From positions 1 to 64,000 of the forward strand of contig CAXXTF010000001.1 in NCBI GenBank assembly GCA_963665775.2: DNA of 64,000 bases. Reading direction: 5' to 3'. The DNA comes from Dehalococcoidia bacterium (GTDB taxonomy: Bacteria > Chloroflexota > Dehalococcoidia > SM23-28-2 > RBG-16-64-32). The position numbers and the translations under genes are program-made. Positions 10,208 through 20,921 of the stretch are shown here, one piece after another; the first letter of the stretch is position 1, and every line of letters begins with the position of its first letter. A model generated the notes under the pieces. The model saw only the letters and a list, made by a program, of their open reading frames with translations, was not told the origin of the DNA and did no database searches.

Positions 10208-11260
10208 CTAGCCGCCGGCGGTGATGAGGAGGGGGAGCAGGGCCGCCTCCAGCTCACCGAAGGTGACGATAGTCTCGAACTTCGCCGCCACGTTCCCCTG
10301 GTTGTCCACCAGGAAAACCCAGGGCTCGCTCTGGAGGTTCCAGCTCTCATCCACCGGCGGCAGCTCTTCGTCCGTCAGCACCGGACAGTCGGGGCCGCCC
10401 CACTGTTCGCGCGCTGCTTGCAGGTTAAGGGTCGGGATGGCGCATAGCCCCTTTCCCTCCCTGGCCTGCTCAAGGAAGTAGGGTTCCACGTGGACGAAGT
10501 TGGCCCCTCCCTGGTACAGGTCGTAGAGGCTATCGACGATCTGCTTGGTGGGCCCGCAGAGCTGGCTCAGGCAGAAGGCGGGAGTGGAGAAGACGATAAT
10601 CGTGGGCTTGCCGGAGGTGACCGCGTCGGCGATGGTCATGTTGTGCATGTCGGGGTTCGGCGGGTCGGAAGTGTCGATCTCCGTGATTTCGGCGACATCG
10701 CTCAGAATGGTCTGGACGGAGCGGGGCGCCGGAGCACCCACGGCGGGAGAGATGCTCTCCTCCCGTACCGTGAAGCTGTAGGCCGGTGGGGCTATCGGCT
10801 GGCCGTCCACCTCGGCGGTTACTTGGACGGCCCAGGGGCCGGCCGAGTCGAACTCCACGGTGGCCACGTAGGCGCCGGTCTCGCCGGCCTCGTGGGACTC
10901 CACGGTGCCATCGTTGTGGGTGTGGGTGAAGCTCTTCGTCAAGCGGACCGGCGTGGCATCGGCCTCCGACTGGATGGTCCCCTCGGTCCCGTCCAGCTTG
11001 AAGAAGCGGAGGTGAACCTGGGCGCCTATGATCTGGACGTTGTTGGCCTGATCGATGAGGCCCACGATGAAGCGGTTGCTGCCCGGCGCCAGGTCTGAGG
11101 AGATGACGACGGGAAGGATCTGTGCCGGGGCGTCCGTGACTTCCGGCGTAGGGCTAGAGTCGTCGCCACCCCCGCAGGCGGCCACCAGCAGGGCCAGGAC
11201 GGCCACTGTCACGGCAAAAAAGGATACGAAGAGTTTGGGTTTAGCGGTGATGGGCCGCAT
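10208..11260 (-). CDS. Lipoprotein with an Ig-like domain and a C-terminal thioredoxin-like domain
   Basis: Probable start MRPITAK; lipobox LVAAC; STPAFCLSQLCGP; EPWVFLVD. Confidence 0.75.
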   Translation of the reverse strand: MRPITAKPKLFVSFFAVTVAVLALLVAACGGGDDSSPTPEVTDAPAQILPVVISSDLAPGSNRFIVGLIDQANNVQIIGAQVHLRFFKLDGTEGTIQSEADATPVRLTKSFTHTHNDGTVESHEAGETGAYVATVEFDSAGPWAVQVTAEVDGQPIAPPAYSFTVREESISPAVGAPAPRSVQTILSDVAEITEIDTSDPPNPDMHNMTIADAVTSGKPTIIVFSTPAFCLSQLCGPTKQIVDSLYDLYQGGANFVHVEPYFLEQAREGKGLCAIPTLNLQAAREQWGGPDCPVLTDEELPPVDESWNLQSEPWVFLVDNQGNVAAKFETIVTFGELEAALLPLLITAGG

Positions 11261-12182
11261 GTTGGCTGGTGACTTCCTCCACTTCCCCTCCACAGCAAGC
11301 CTCGAGCTCCTGATGCAGGGCGACCGTTTCCATTTGAATGGTAGCATGTTCAATGCTGAAGCGCTCGGAGAGGAGGCGTCTGAGGCTCACCAGGATGGCG
11401 TGCTGCTCCTGGCTCTCATCCGTTTCGATGTGGGCGCTGAGGGCGGTGAAGCCGGAGGTGATCGTCCAGACGTGAAGGTCATGAATGCCCTGAACGCCGG
11501 GCACGGCCACCATCGCTTGCTGCACCTCGGGTATGCTGAGGCCGGCGGGCGTCGCTTCCAGGAGAACCTGTGTAGCCTCCCAGGTGATCCGGAAAGAGCC
11601 GATCAGGATGAGCGCGCCGATGACGACGCTGATCACAGGGTCGGCCAGGAATTCGCCCGTCGTGAGCATGATGATCGCGGCGACGATGACCCCCACAGAC
11701 GCCAGGCCGTCGCCTAGGATGTGGAGAAAGGCGGCACGGACGTTCAGGCTGGACCTTCGCAGCCGGAACAGGAAGAAGGCGGAGGCCAGGTTGGCCGCCA
11801 GTCCCACTGCCGCGATAGCGAGTACGGGCCCGCTCTCCACCTCCGGCGGCTCGGCGAAGCGTCGGCTGGCCTCCCAGAAGATATAGGCGGCGATGACGAT
11901 AAGAGCGAGGCTGTTGATCAGGGCTGCCAGCACCTCCGCCCGCTGGAGCCCGTAGGTGCGTTGGGCCGTAGGCGGGCGCGAGGCGAGCCAGAGGGCGATC
12001 AGGCTGATGCCCAGGGCTCCCGTGTCCGAGGCCATGTGGCCGGCGTCTGCCAGCAGGGCCAGGCTGTTGGTCAGAATGCCGCCTACCAGCTCCGCCAGGA
12101 GGATGACGGTGGTGATGCCCAGGGCCAGGGCCAGCCGCCGTTGGCTACTGGCGCGACTCTCGTGCAGCCAGGTCAGGGACAC
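11241..12182 (-). CDS. czcD: Cation diffusion facilitator (Zn/Co/Cd efflux)
   Basis: SLALLADAGHM, HILGD, HDLHVW, HATIQ. Confidence 0.92.
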   Translation of the reverse strand: MSLTWLHESRASSQRRLALALGITTVILLAELVGGILTNSLALLADAGHMASDTGALGISLIALWLASRPPTAQRTYGLQRAEVLAALINSLALIVIAAYIFWEASRRFAEPPEVESGPVLAIAAVGLAANLASAFFLFRLRRSSLNVRAAFLHILGDGLASVGVIVAAIIMLTTGEFLADPVISVVIGALILIGSFRITWEATQVLLEATPAGLSIPEVQQAMVAVPGVQGIHDLHVWTITSGFTALSAHIETDESQEQHAILVSLRRLLSERFSIEHATIQMETVALHQELEACCGGEVEEVTSQHAAHHR

Positions 12183-12195
12183 GATGTATCCTCTC

Positions 12196-13212
12196 CTAGA
12201 GCCCCCTGTCCACCAAGAGGGCGCAGAGGTCCGCCAGGCGGGCAGCGTAACCCCACTCGTTGTCGTACCAGGCGATGGCCTTCACGAGGGTGCCATCGAG
12301 GACCATGGTGCTCTGGGCATCGAGGATGGAGCTGGCCGGGTTGCCTTTGAAGTCGGAGGAGACCAGGGGCTCGTCGCAGAACTCCAGGATGCCTCGCAGC
12401 GATTCGGAGGCAGCGTCCCGGAAGGCGTCGTTGACGGCCTCGACGGTGGCCGACTTCCGGACGGTGGCCACGAAATCGCACACGGAGACGGTGGCGGTGG
12501 GCACGCGGAAGGCCATCCCGTCCAGGTGGCCCTTGAGCTCCGGTATGACCAGGGTGACGGCCCGAGCGGCGCCGGTGGTGGTGGGGATGATGTTCAGGCC
12601 GGCGGCCCGCGCCCGCCGCAGGTCCGGGTGGACCGTGTCCAGGATCACCTGGTCGTTGGTGTAGGAGTGGATAGTGGTCATGAACCCTTTCTCGATGCCG
12701 AACGTCTCATGGATCACCTTGATCACGGGGGCGATGCAGTTGGTGGTGCAGGAGGCGTTGGAGATGACCTGGTGCTGGGCCGCATCGTACGTACTCTCGT
12801 TGACGCCCAGGACGACGGTAAGGTCTTCGCCACTGGCGGGGGCGCTGATGATCACCTTCTTGGCGCCGCCGCCGTCGATGTGGGCGCGGGCCTTGTCGGC
12901 GTTGGTGAAGAGGCCTGTAGACTCCAGCACCACTTCCACCCCCAGCTCTTTCCAGGGGATCCGGCCGGGATCGCGCTCGGCCAGCACCTTGATCGCCCGC
13001 CCATCGATGGCGATAGAGTCGTCGGTGGCTGTGATGTCGCCGGGGAAGGCGCCGTAGTTGCTGTCGTACTTGAGGAGATAGGCGTTGGTCCGGGGGTCCG
13101 TGAGGTCGTTGACGGCGACGACCTGGAGCTTCTCCGGATGGAAGTCGTGGATCGCCTTGAACACCTGGCGGCCGATGCGGCCGAATCCGTTAATGCCCAC
13201 CTTGACTGGCAT
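12196..13212 (-). CDS. gap: Type I glyceraldehyde-3-phosphate dehydrogenase
   Basis: Start [15 protein letters not shown] after a GAAGGAGG RBS; ASCTTNC; WYDNEWGY. Confidence 0.98.
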   Translation of the reverse strand: MPVKVGINGFGRIGRQVFKAIHDFHPEKLQVVAVNDLTDPRTNAYLLKYDSNYGAFPGDITATDDSIAIDGRAIKVLAERDPGRIPWKELGVEVVLESTGLFTNADKARAHIDGGGAKKVIISAPASGEDLTVVLGVNESTYDAAQHQVISNASCTTNCIAPVIKVIHETFGIEKGFMTTIHSYTNDQVILDTVHPDLRRARAAGLNIIPTTTGAARAVTLVIPELKGHLDGMAFRVPTATVSVCDFVATVRKSATVEAVNDAFRDAASESLRGILEFCDEPLVSSDFKGNPASSILDAQSTMVLDGTLVKAIAWYDNEWGYAARLADLCALLVDRGL

Positions 13213-13429
13213 CTTGGCGCCTCCTTCTCTGGCTACAGTTGCAAACGGAGTATATCGTCTGGGGCGGAGGGAGGGCAAAGCGGGATAGGTGCGGCTCTGA
13301 CGCCCCTTTCCGGGAGAATTCGCGTCGTAGGGCTTCCTTTACTCCTCGCGGAGTCCCCGTTCCGGCCTTGCCACCGCCGCTCCGATATGTGACTGTACGA
13401 CATGATGGATGTGCATCGTGCAACGCTAG

Positions 13430-13448
13430 TGACCTTGCCCCCGAAAAC
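13430..13448 (+). mobile_element. Orphan IS3-type left end
   Basis: TGACCTTGCCCCCGAAAAC, identical over 19 nt to the left end of the three IS copies, then diverges; no transposase follows. Confidence 0.7.
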
Positions 13449-13515
13449 TGGCCCAGCAGAAGTGCGAGTTTCGTGGACGGACATAATGTGATATAATGCA
13501 CAATGGTGATACGAT

Positions 13516-13689
13516 ATGGATTGCGCGCACCACTGGCGAGTCGAGACCCCTGACGGGGACCCTCAGGTTACGGCCAGATGCAGACTCTGCGGGGCCGAGC
13601 GACAGTTCGATACGAGTTGGCCAGAAGACAAGCCTCGGTTCACCTTGCAAAGAGCCTCAGGTCGCAAAAGTAACCTAATCTCAGAATAA
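13516..13689 (+). CDS. Small zinc-finger protein (57 aa; below the ORF-track cutoff)
   Basis: MDCAHHWRVETPDGDPQVTARCRLCGAERQF...; CxHHW...CxxCG pattern; TATAAT upstream. Confidence 0.7.
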   Translation: MDCAHHWRVETPDGDPQVTARCRLCGAERQFDTSWPEDKPRFTLQRASGRKSNLISE

Positions 13690-13843
13690 GGCGCCGACCT
13701 GCTGCCGGGTCATTCGCCCAGGATGTCATTCTACGAGCAGGTATGTCAGCGCGGCTGTGCCTTGCTCACAGCGGCTGGGCCACCTCGGCTAGACTCTCGG
13801 TCAGTCCCCTCGTCGGGGATGGCGTAGTGGTCATGAGGCCCGA

Positions 13844-15301
13844 ATGCGCGGCGCCACGACAGGCTGCACCATGAAGCCTGATCAGGTGACAAGAGAGACT
13901 GCCGAGGCGGCCAGCGACAGGTACCGTCGTCAAAGCAGGCGTGTCGTTGCGAGGCTCGCAATGATCGTTTCGTCCTCCGACTGGTTGCGTCGACTGTCAT
14001 TCTCGGTCTGGGCCAACTGGTGGAGCCTGATAGGCGAGCGGTTTAATCCTCTGGATCAGCGGGTGGTGGCGAATCCTCATCCTGTATATCGGCGCCTGAG
14101 GAATGAGGATCCCGTTCACTGGAACCCGATCCTGCAGGGGTGGATGGTTACTCGATATGACGATGTACTGACTGTCCTTAATGGTTCTCGCTTTTCGGCC
14201 GACCGTCAATTGGCGACGAACCCGCTACTGCAGGCAGCAGCTGAACGACAAGAGAGGCTGGGACCTGTGCGCCCAAGTACGACGATGCTCAGCTCAGATC
14301 CGCCAGAGCACTCCCATTTGCGAAGGCTGGTGAGCAAGGCCTTCACACCGCGAATGGTGGATGAGATGCGCCCTTTTATACAGGTAACCGTGGACGAATT
14401 GTTGGCCTCTGTCGTGGAGGCTGGTAGGTTTGACATCGTTCAATCCATCGCCCACGAATTACCAGTCGCGGTGATAGCGGAGATGCTTGGGCTTCCTGGG
14501 GAGACTCGCCACACTCTCAAACGGTGGTCGGACAGTGCGGTTGAAGCCCTCGACGGCCCATTTGCGCCAGCGGGATCGTCGACGCGCAGCCTTGAGAGCA
14601 GCCATGAGATGGCGCACTTCTTTCGTGAGCGGCTATCCGAACGTCAAAAAAGGCCCGCCGCAGATCTTCTAAGCGCTCTCGCAACCGCCGAGGAGCACGG
14701 CGAAATTCTCACCGAGGACGAAATGGTAGCCACCTGCATCCTTCTGTTGGTGGCGGGAAACGAGACGACGAGCAAACTCCTGGGTAATGGGATGCTAGCC
14801 CTGTTAAGGAATCCAAAGCAGCTTGAGCGGCTGCTGGAAAATCCATCATTGATCCCCTTGGCTGTAGAGGAGCTGCTCAGATACGACGGCCCGGCGCAGC
14901 TCACGGGACGGGTAGCAATCGAGGATCTGGAAATCGGCGGGAAGAGGATAAGAGCTGGCCAACTTGTCGTGGCCGTGTTGGCGGCCGCCAACCGGGACCC
15001 TTCAGTCTTTAGTGATCCTGATCATCTGGACATTAGCCGGCAACCCAACCCGCATCTCGCGTTCGGGGACGGTGTTCACTTCTGCCTTGGCGCCCCGCTG
15101 GCCCGAGCCGAGGTAGGAATCGCGATTAGCACGATGCTGCGGGAGTTGCCAAATCTACGCTTGGCCGCCGCTGGACCGGTATGGGGTAGCTCCTTCATCC
15201 TTCGCGGGCTGCGGTCCCTGCCCGTAGCATTTGATCAGAGGCCGCAACGGCAAGGTGCCACTGTCCGCTCGTCGAGCCCCCAGCGATATAAGCGGCCTTA
15301 G
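13844..15301 (+). CDS. Cytochrome P450
   Basis: AGNETT I-helix, EELLR ExxR, FGDGVHFCLG heme cysteine; exact start uncertain. Confidence 0.95.
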   Translation: MRGATTGCTMKPDQVTRETAEAASDRYRRQSRRVVARLAMIVSSSDWLRRLSFSVWANWWSLIGERFNPLDQRVVANPHPVYRRLRNEDPVHWNPILQGWMVTRYDDVLTVLNGSRFSADRQLATNPLLQAAAERQERLGPVRPSTTMLSSDPPEHSHLRRLVSKAFTPRMVDEMRPFIQVTVDELLASVVEAGRFDIVQSIAHELPVAVIAEMLGLPGETRHTLKRWSDSAVEALDGPFAPAGSSTRSLESSHEMAHFFRERLSERQKRPAADLLSALATAEEHGEILTEDEMVATCILLLVAGNETTSKLLGNGMLALLRNPKQLERLLENPSLIPLAVEELLRYDGPAQLTGRVAIEDLEIGGKRIRAGQLVVAVLAAANRDPSVFSDPDHLDISRQPNPHLAFGDGVHFCLGAPLARAEVGIAISTMLRELPNLRLAAAGPVWGSSFILRGLRSLPVAFDQRPQRQGATVRSSSPQRYKRP

Positions 15302-15349
15302 TTCGGGAGTCTCCGTATATTCTGGATCGCCTGTTAGGCTCTCGGATCT

Positions 15350-17092
15350 TCAGCCGCGGAGAATCTTCACTATGCCTCGGTCTCCGTCCACCTCGATCTC
15401 GAGGCCTGTGGAGATCGTGCGGCTTCCCGTACGGGTGTTTACCACAGCTGGTATACCAAGCTCACGGGCTACTATAGCGGCGTGAGACAGGACTCCTCCC
15501 AGATCGGTGACAATTGCGGAGACCAGTGGGAACAGGTAAGTCCATCCTGGATCCATGACCGGTGCCACCAGCACCTCTCCCTCTCTGACCTCGCCTCCCT
15601 CGGCTAATGACTTGAGGACGCGAGCCGTTCCCGTTGCCCGGCCTGGGCTGGCCCCAAGACCACGAAGCTCGGTCGGTGCAGGCCCATTAGTCCCTGCCGA
15701 TTCCCGGATGGGTTCACCATCCGGTCCGACGATTTCGGGTGGCTCCACCTCCTCAAGGGCTTGCCTCTCCAGCCGACGCTCTTCCATTAGGGCATGGAAC
15801 TGCGGGGCCACCTCCTCCGTTGGGGTCGCCAGGAGAAATCGATAAAGCTCCGCCTCCGTGAGCAGGAAGACCTCCTCCCGTTTCTGCATAAGGCCTCTAT
15901 CGATCAGTCTTTCCGCCATCGCCAGGACGATGCGACGGAGGGGGAGGATTAGCTTCAAGAGGTAGAATTTTGGATCCTCCCGAAGAGGCATTAGAGACCG
16001 TGTCTGTTGCAGGACGAGCCGGAAGAGCGGGCGCTGCCAGGCCAGTAGATTTCGGACAGCCCGATTCTCGGCTCGACGTCGCCGATCCAACAGCGCACGC
16101 CGGTGGAGGGGGGGCTCCCCGCCTCGAGTACCAGTTACGTACTCCTTGAAAGCAGTTATCAAAGGAGATGGGTCCTCACTCCAACGAGGGAACCGGATGT
16201 CCACTTCTCCCGCGCACCGATGCCCGTAGTCAGTAAGGTACTGATCCAGAGCTGATGCCAGCCAGGCGGTCTCCGGCAGGCGATGCATTGTCTTGAGAAG
16301 TACATCTGGGGGTTCCGCTTTGATCAAGTCTCTTAGGTTCGAATCGAGGGAAGCCTTATGGGCGATCTCGGCAAGTTGTAGTGATCCCTCACCGGTTCGA
16401 GTTGCGTCGAGGCCAATGACTAGCTCCTCAGCGAGTGATCCGTCTCTCACCCAGGCCTCACACATCAGCCTCAGAAAGCCAAACATTCCGAAACTCGCGG
16501 TATTGAGAGTGAGAAGTAATCGAAGTTGGCGGATCGTAGCGCGTCCAAGTTCCTGGCTGCGGCGAACCAGATCCTGATCTCCGATCGTGTCTAGATCGGC
16601 TGCGGCAAACGCCGCCGCCTGTGCCTCTGTTGCCGAAATTGATCTCCTGAACTGGTAGATGGCCAGCCTCTGATAGGCACCTAAACGTATGAGGTTGGGC
16701 AGTCTCTTCGCGAGACGCGAAGGTCTGATCGGCTCTACCTGGATGAATCTGACGTCGAAGGGTAAAGGTCCACCGAGTGAACGGAGCACCATATCGGATG
16801 GTAGCCCCAGGTGAATGGCAATGTGATTGATTGCGCCCAGGTTCATGTAGACCCGCCCGTGGAATCTCCGGACGAATGCGACATGGTCGACCCAGCGGAG
16901 TCCTGCCATCCTATACGGATGGCGAAAGGCCTCGTTTCGAGCCCCCTCCATCATCGACCAGCCGAGGGGACTCATGATGCCGGGCATGATCTCCCCCACG
17001 TTAGCCCTTGTCCAAAGATCGAAGGCCTGCGTGGCAGAGTTAGCCTCAGCTGTTCTCTCTGTGGATCGGCCGTGAACGGTGTGTCTCATCAT
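15350..17092 (-). CDS. PEP-utilising enzyme (rifampicin-phosphotransferase-like substrate domain + phospho-His swivel domain)
   Basis: WTRANVGEIMPG, YGHRCAGEVD, GGVLSHAAIVARELGIPAVV; no N-terminal ATP-grasp domain. Confidence 0.85.
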   Translation of the reverse strand: MMRHTVHGRSTERTAEANSATQAFDLWTRANVGEIMPGIMSPLGWSMMEGARNEAFRHPYRMAGLRWVDHVAFVRRFHGRVYMNLGAINHIAIHLGLPSDMVLRSLGGPLPFDVRFIQVEPIRPSRLAKRLPNLIRLGAYQRLAIYQFRRSISATEAQAAAFAAADLDTIGDQDLVRRSQELGRATIRQLRLLLTLNTASFGMFGFLRLMCEAWVRDGSLAEELVIGLDATRTGEGSLQLAEIAHKASLDSNLRDLIKAEPPDVLLKTMHRLPETAWLASALDQYLTDYGHRCAGEVDIRFPRWSEDPSPLITAFKEYVTGTRGGEPPLHRRALLDRRRRAENRAVRNLLAWQRPLFRLVLQQTRSLMPLREDPKFYLLKLILPLRRIVLAMAERLIDRGLMQKREEVFLLTEAELYRFLLATPTEEVAPQFHALMEERRLERQALEEVEPPEIVGPDGEPIRESAGTNGPAPTELRGLGASPGRATGTARVLKSLAEGGEVREGEVLVAPVMDPGWTYLFPLVSAIVTDLGGVLSHAAIVARELGIPAVVNTRTGSRTISTGLEIEVDGDRGIVKILRG

Positions 17093-17275
17093 CAGTAATG
17101 ATAACGCCCGGGCGCGCCCCGGTGCCCTAGCCCCACTCCGCTTACCTGCCAGCCATCGCCACTGTTGGGAGCCGGGGCCAGGGTTGCCGTACTGTGAAGA
17201 CTGAAGAAAGCATCTAGCAGATCGTCGAGCGAAACGAGATCATCGAGACCGCGATCACCTTTCGCGAGCCGGTTA

Positions 17276-17833
17276 CTACGGTGTTCCGTCGATGGTGGCC
17301 TGCCCTTCCGTGAGTGTAGGTATGAGCGTGTGCTCCAGATCGAGCTCCTTAAGCAGCTCCTCGATGGCGTCTTCAAGCAGGTTCTCAAACGGACCGAGGA
17401 TGAAGCCAGGCACGCTACCTATATCCACGTCCATTAGATCGACCTCCGGGTGATCGCCAATTAGGGTCACTGTCCCCTGGGCCTTGAATTTCACGTTGAT
17501 CCCCAGAAATGCATCCAGAGTGCCGGTGGCCTCTCCGAAACCATTGTGGACACAAATACGGACGTTTTTGATGTCGCCAGCCTCGTCCTTAGTGAACTGA
17601 TCAGTACGAGATGTGATCTCGCTCTCGCTGAACGTGACACTGGAGGGCGATCCCGCATCCAATATGGCGTCAAAACCGTCCCACTTCTGATCGAAGGCGC
17701 TCGCATTTGCGGCATTGATTACGATGGCTCCCCCTCCCGGTGTGCAGCTGGCGGGACCGCCGACGGTGGCGAGAATTCCCACTGCGATGGCGAGGACGAA
17801 CAACACCGCGATGATACCGAATATTGCTGACAA
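17276..17833 (-). CDS. Hypothetical membrane-anchored/exported protein
   Basis: N-terminal hydrophobic helix followed by an acidic domain. Confidence 0.65.
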   Translation of the reverse strand: MSAIFGIIAVLFVLAIAVGILATVGGPASCTPGGGAIVINAANASAFDQKWDGFDAILDAGSPSSVTFSESEITSRTDQFTKDEAGDIKNVRICVHNGFGEATGTLDAFLGINVKFKAQGTVTLIGDHPEVDLMDVDIGSVPGFILGPFENLLEDAIEELLKELDLEHTLIPTLTEGQATIDGTP

Positions 17834-17998
17834 GGCTCTGCCCCCACCACGTCCTGAACAGAAGTCCGAAGCTGCCCAAGGTGACCTCCTTCTGATTCGG
17901 AGCTGATTGTTGCCCTAAGTTATATGGCGAGTCGCCGGTCTGTCAATCTGTCGGTCGTGGATAGATTACGGCTGCTGCACCTGTCTGACGAATAGGCT

Positions 17999-19842
17999 CT
18001 ACGGGACCTCCAACTGCACGGGGCTGCCGACTTCCGGACAGGGCTCTATCTGGCCGAACGGCAGGCCTGCCACAAAGCGCAGAAGCTTGAGCGAGTCCAC
18101 GGAGTCGACGTCGTCATCACAGTCAATATCGCCGAAGATTGATGCGACCTCACTACCGACGTCCGGACAGGGCTCCGTCTGGCCGAAGGGCAGGCCTGCG
18201 ACAAAGCGCAGAGTCTTGAGCGAGTCCACGGAGTCAACGTCGCCGTCGCAGTCAATGTCACCAAAGAGTTGTGGAATGACGCCTTCCGTGGCCTCAACAG
18301 TGTTGGAGAAATCCGAAACCCCTTCCGTGCTGAAGGCACGGATCTTGTAGCAGTAGGCCTGCTCGAGCGTCAGACCATTCCCGTAATCTGTGTCCGTATA
18401 GGAGGTGACATCTTCGTCGACGGAGTCAAGGAGGACGAAGTCCTCAGGGGCGACAGACGCACAATCGCCCACTGCGCGCCAGATCTCGTAGCCGATCTCA
18501 CCAGCAACGTCGTTCCATGCTAGGCCGATCGAGTTCGCGGCAGCGGCGGCGAGGCCGGTTGGGATTGGCGGAGGTGGTCCGCCGCCCATCGGGTAGATGC
18601 TGGCCACGCCGGCGATATCGTCGGCACAGGGATCACGGAGGACCCCCATGTAGTTCACGTTCAGAGCAGGGCATTTGTCCTCTTCAAGACCTATGGTGCA
18701 AACAACGGCGGTGGGATGGGTAAGGCCGACCAGATGCCCGATCTCGTGGAGGAAAACGGTCTCGAGGTCGTAGAGATCGCTACCACAATCGCCGGTCCCG
18801 TCCACCCTCCAGCCGGCGCCAACGTGGTCGGTGTCTATCTCAATGTCGGCGTCGAGCAACTCATTAGTTTGGGTGCCCCAGCATGTCCAGGTTACCTGTA
18901 GGGTCGATTCCCCGTGGTCAGGGTCACCAGATTCTATACCCCAGGTGATGTCGATGAAGCCATCTGGATCTTCGGTCTCCGAGCAGCCGTCGGCGCCGCT
19001 GACACGGGCGGTGTTGCCGATGGGACCGAAGGCGATAAACGACTCGGGAAGTTTCTGCCAGGTGTGCAGTGCGTCAGCCGCGGCCATGCGCGTTTCCTCG
19101 GCGCTTATCTGGGCGGGGCGACCGGATTCAGCGTTGATCCAGATCGGGACCGGGATATCATCAGTTGACCATTTGAACACCTCAACGACGAACGCGCTCT
19201 GTACTATCCCTCGGCCGGTGTCGAGGGGATCCTGTTCCGTATTGAGGTGTCGCGCGCTGGCCAGGCCGGTATTCTGCATCCTCAACTCGACGGGCAGACC
19301 GATGCCGTTGACGATCCCGTCGGCCGTGATGCTGAATTTACTCTGGAATCCCTCGGTCAATACGAGTCCTACATCGTCTATCTCCCTCAGGAAGACAACG
19401 ACTTGCTCTCCAACCGTGAACTCCGGGCTGGTCCCCACGTTCAGCCGATAGTCACAAAATTCGCCTCCGGATACCACGATCGTGACCAACCCCTCGGACG
19501 CCTCAATGCTACCTGCAGCCTGGATCACCTGGTGGGGAGCGATGGACACCAAGGTGACGATGGAGGGGCCACCCTCCCTAGTGCAGCTCTGCAGCTGCAT
19601 GACGGTCCCCTCCACTATCAGGTTGGAGTCGGCGGTCATGTCGGCTAACGTCACGAGGGTCATGACGCCGCCACCGCCAGCCGTGTGGGACGAGCCCAGA
19701 GCTCGTGGCGATTCACACGTCAAGCCCAGGGAATTGGATGGCTCACCGAGTGCGGCCCGCAGGCCGAGCGTCGCGCCGCCAAAGCGATGAGGAGTACTAA
19801 CAGCGTTGCCCTGCGGATGAGAAGAGTAGCTTGGGTTTTCAT
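17999..19842 (-). CDS. Matrixin-like (M10) metalloprotease + fibronectin-III + dockerin-like pair; frameshift in the signal peptide near 19775
   Basis: HEIGHLVGLTH zinc motif; FN3 (LAWNDV...YEIWR...YCYKIRA); two GDxDCDxDVDSVD repeats; ATG 19842 with a GGAGG RBS encodes a signal peptide in another frame. Confidence 0.85.
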
Positions 19843-19973
19843 AGCGCACGTCCTCCCGCTGGTTTAGTCCTCAGAGGGTCACATGATACTCCAATAGTGA
19901 GCAGCGTCAACCGTGATCCAATATTGAAGTGACGCTGGTCAGGTATGTCCGCGGTACTTGCTGTTATCGCTAC

Positions 19974-20690
19974 CTAGCCTCCGATGTCGGGACACGGCTC
20001 TCTCTGGCTGACGGGTAGGCCAGCCAGGAAGCGCAGAATCGTGAGAGAGTCAATGGCATCTATATCATTGTCACAGTCCACGTCGCCGAAGAGAGAAGCA
20101 ACCTCGCTGCCTATATCCGGGCAGGGCTCCGTCTGGCTTACAGCTAGGCCGGCGACATGCTGCAGCTCCTTGAGGGAGTCCACGGAGTCCACATCCAAAT
20201 CGCAGTCAACGTCGCCAAAGGGAGGTGTCACGATGCCGATGGTGCCGCCGATTGGCGTTACGGGAATGTCGAAGAAGCGGGGATCGGTTAACTGCACCAC
20301 CGTTACTGCTAATATGGCCATTCCCTCAGCTGGCCCTGCGACGAAGGTAACGGTCCCGAGCGTAAGGTCACCGTTCAAGGCAGCGGCGGAAGCACCCACG
20401 AGCCGCACGGTGTCAGTGTCTATTTTGTTGACACTGCACGCACCCGCCAACGATGTGCACTCTGTGGCTTCCACCAGGCTGCCATCGTACCTGACATCTA
20501 TGATGTACGCAGCGATTCCCGTGCCCGAGGCCTTCGCGCTTAAGCTCAGTGTTGTGGTCTGCCCTGGCGCCACCGTATCGGAGCCGATACCCAGAGAGCT
20601 AACGCCGGCCTCGGCCGGCCCTGCCACCACTAGCCATGCCAACATGAGTAGAGCGGACGCGATGGCGGAGATCCGACGTCCCCTTTTCAT
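19974..20690 (-). CDS. Secreted cohesin-like + dockerin-like adaptor protein
   Basis: Signal peptide (PAEA); beta-rich cohesin-like domain (VAPGQTTT...IDVRYDGSLV...LGTVTF...GGTI); C-terminal dockerin pair. Confidence 0.75.
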   Translation of the reverse strand: MKRGRRISAIASALLMLAWLVVAGPAEAGVSSLGIGSDTVAPGQTTTLSLSAKASGTGIAAYIIDVRYDGSLVEATECTSLAGACSVNKIDTDTVRLVGASAAALNGDLTLGTVTFVAGPAEGMAILAVTVVQLTDPRFFDIPVTPIGGTIGIVTPPFGDVDCDLDVDSVDSLKELQHVAGLAVSQTEPCPDIGSEVASLFGDVDCDNDIDAIDSLTILRFLAGLPVSQREPCPDIGG

Positions 20691-20921
20691 GGTCTATCCC
20701 GAAGACTCCGCAACCACATTCGCTTGCCACGCTTCGAACCGGTCACGCCTGTGCCCCTTCTCTTGCTGTGCCAAACGGCAAAACCGCGCAGACCGTTTAG
20801 CCATTCAACTTTGACAGTCTCACGATAGCAGAGTATCTGCTAAGGGCCAAGCGTCATTGGGGGGCGCAGATAGCACAGATAGCAGTACATGACTTCAGTT
20901 GGGAGCGCCCGAGGGCCGCCT

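Noticed and set aside
11956-13392. 478-aa plus-strand ORF
   Set aside because: Antisense shadow of gap and czcD
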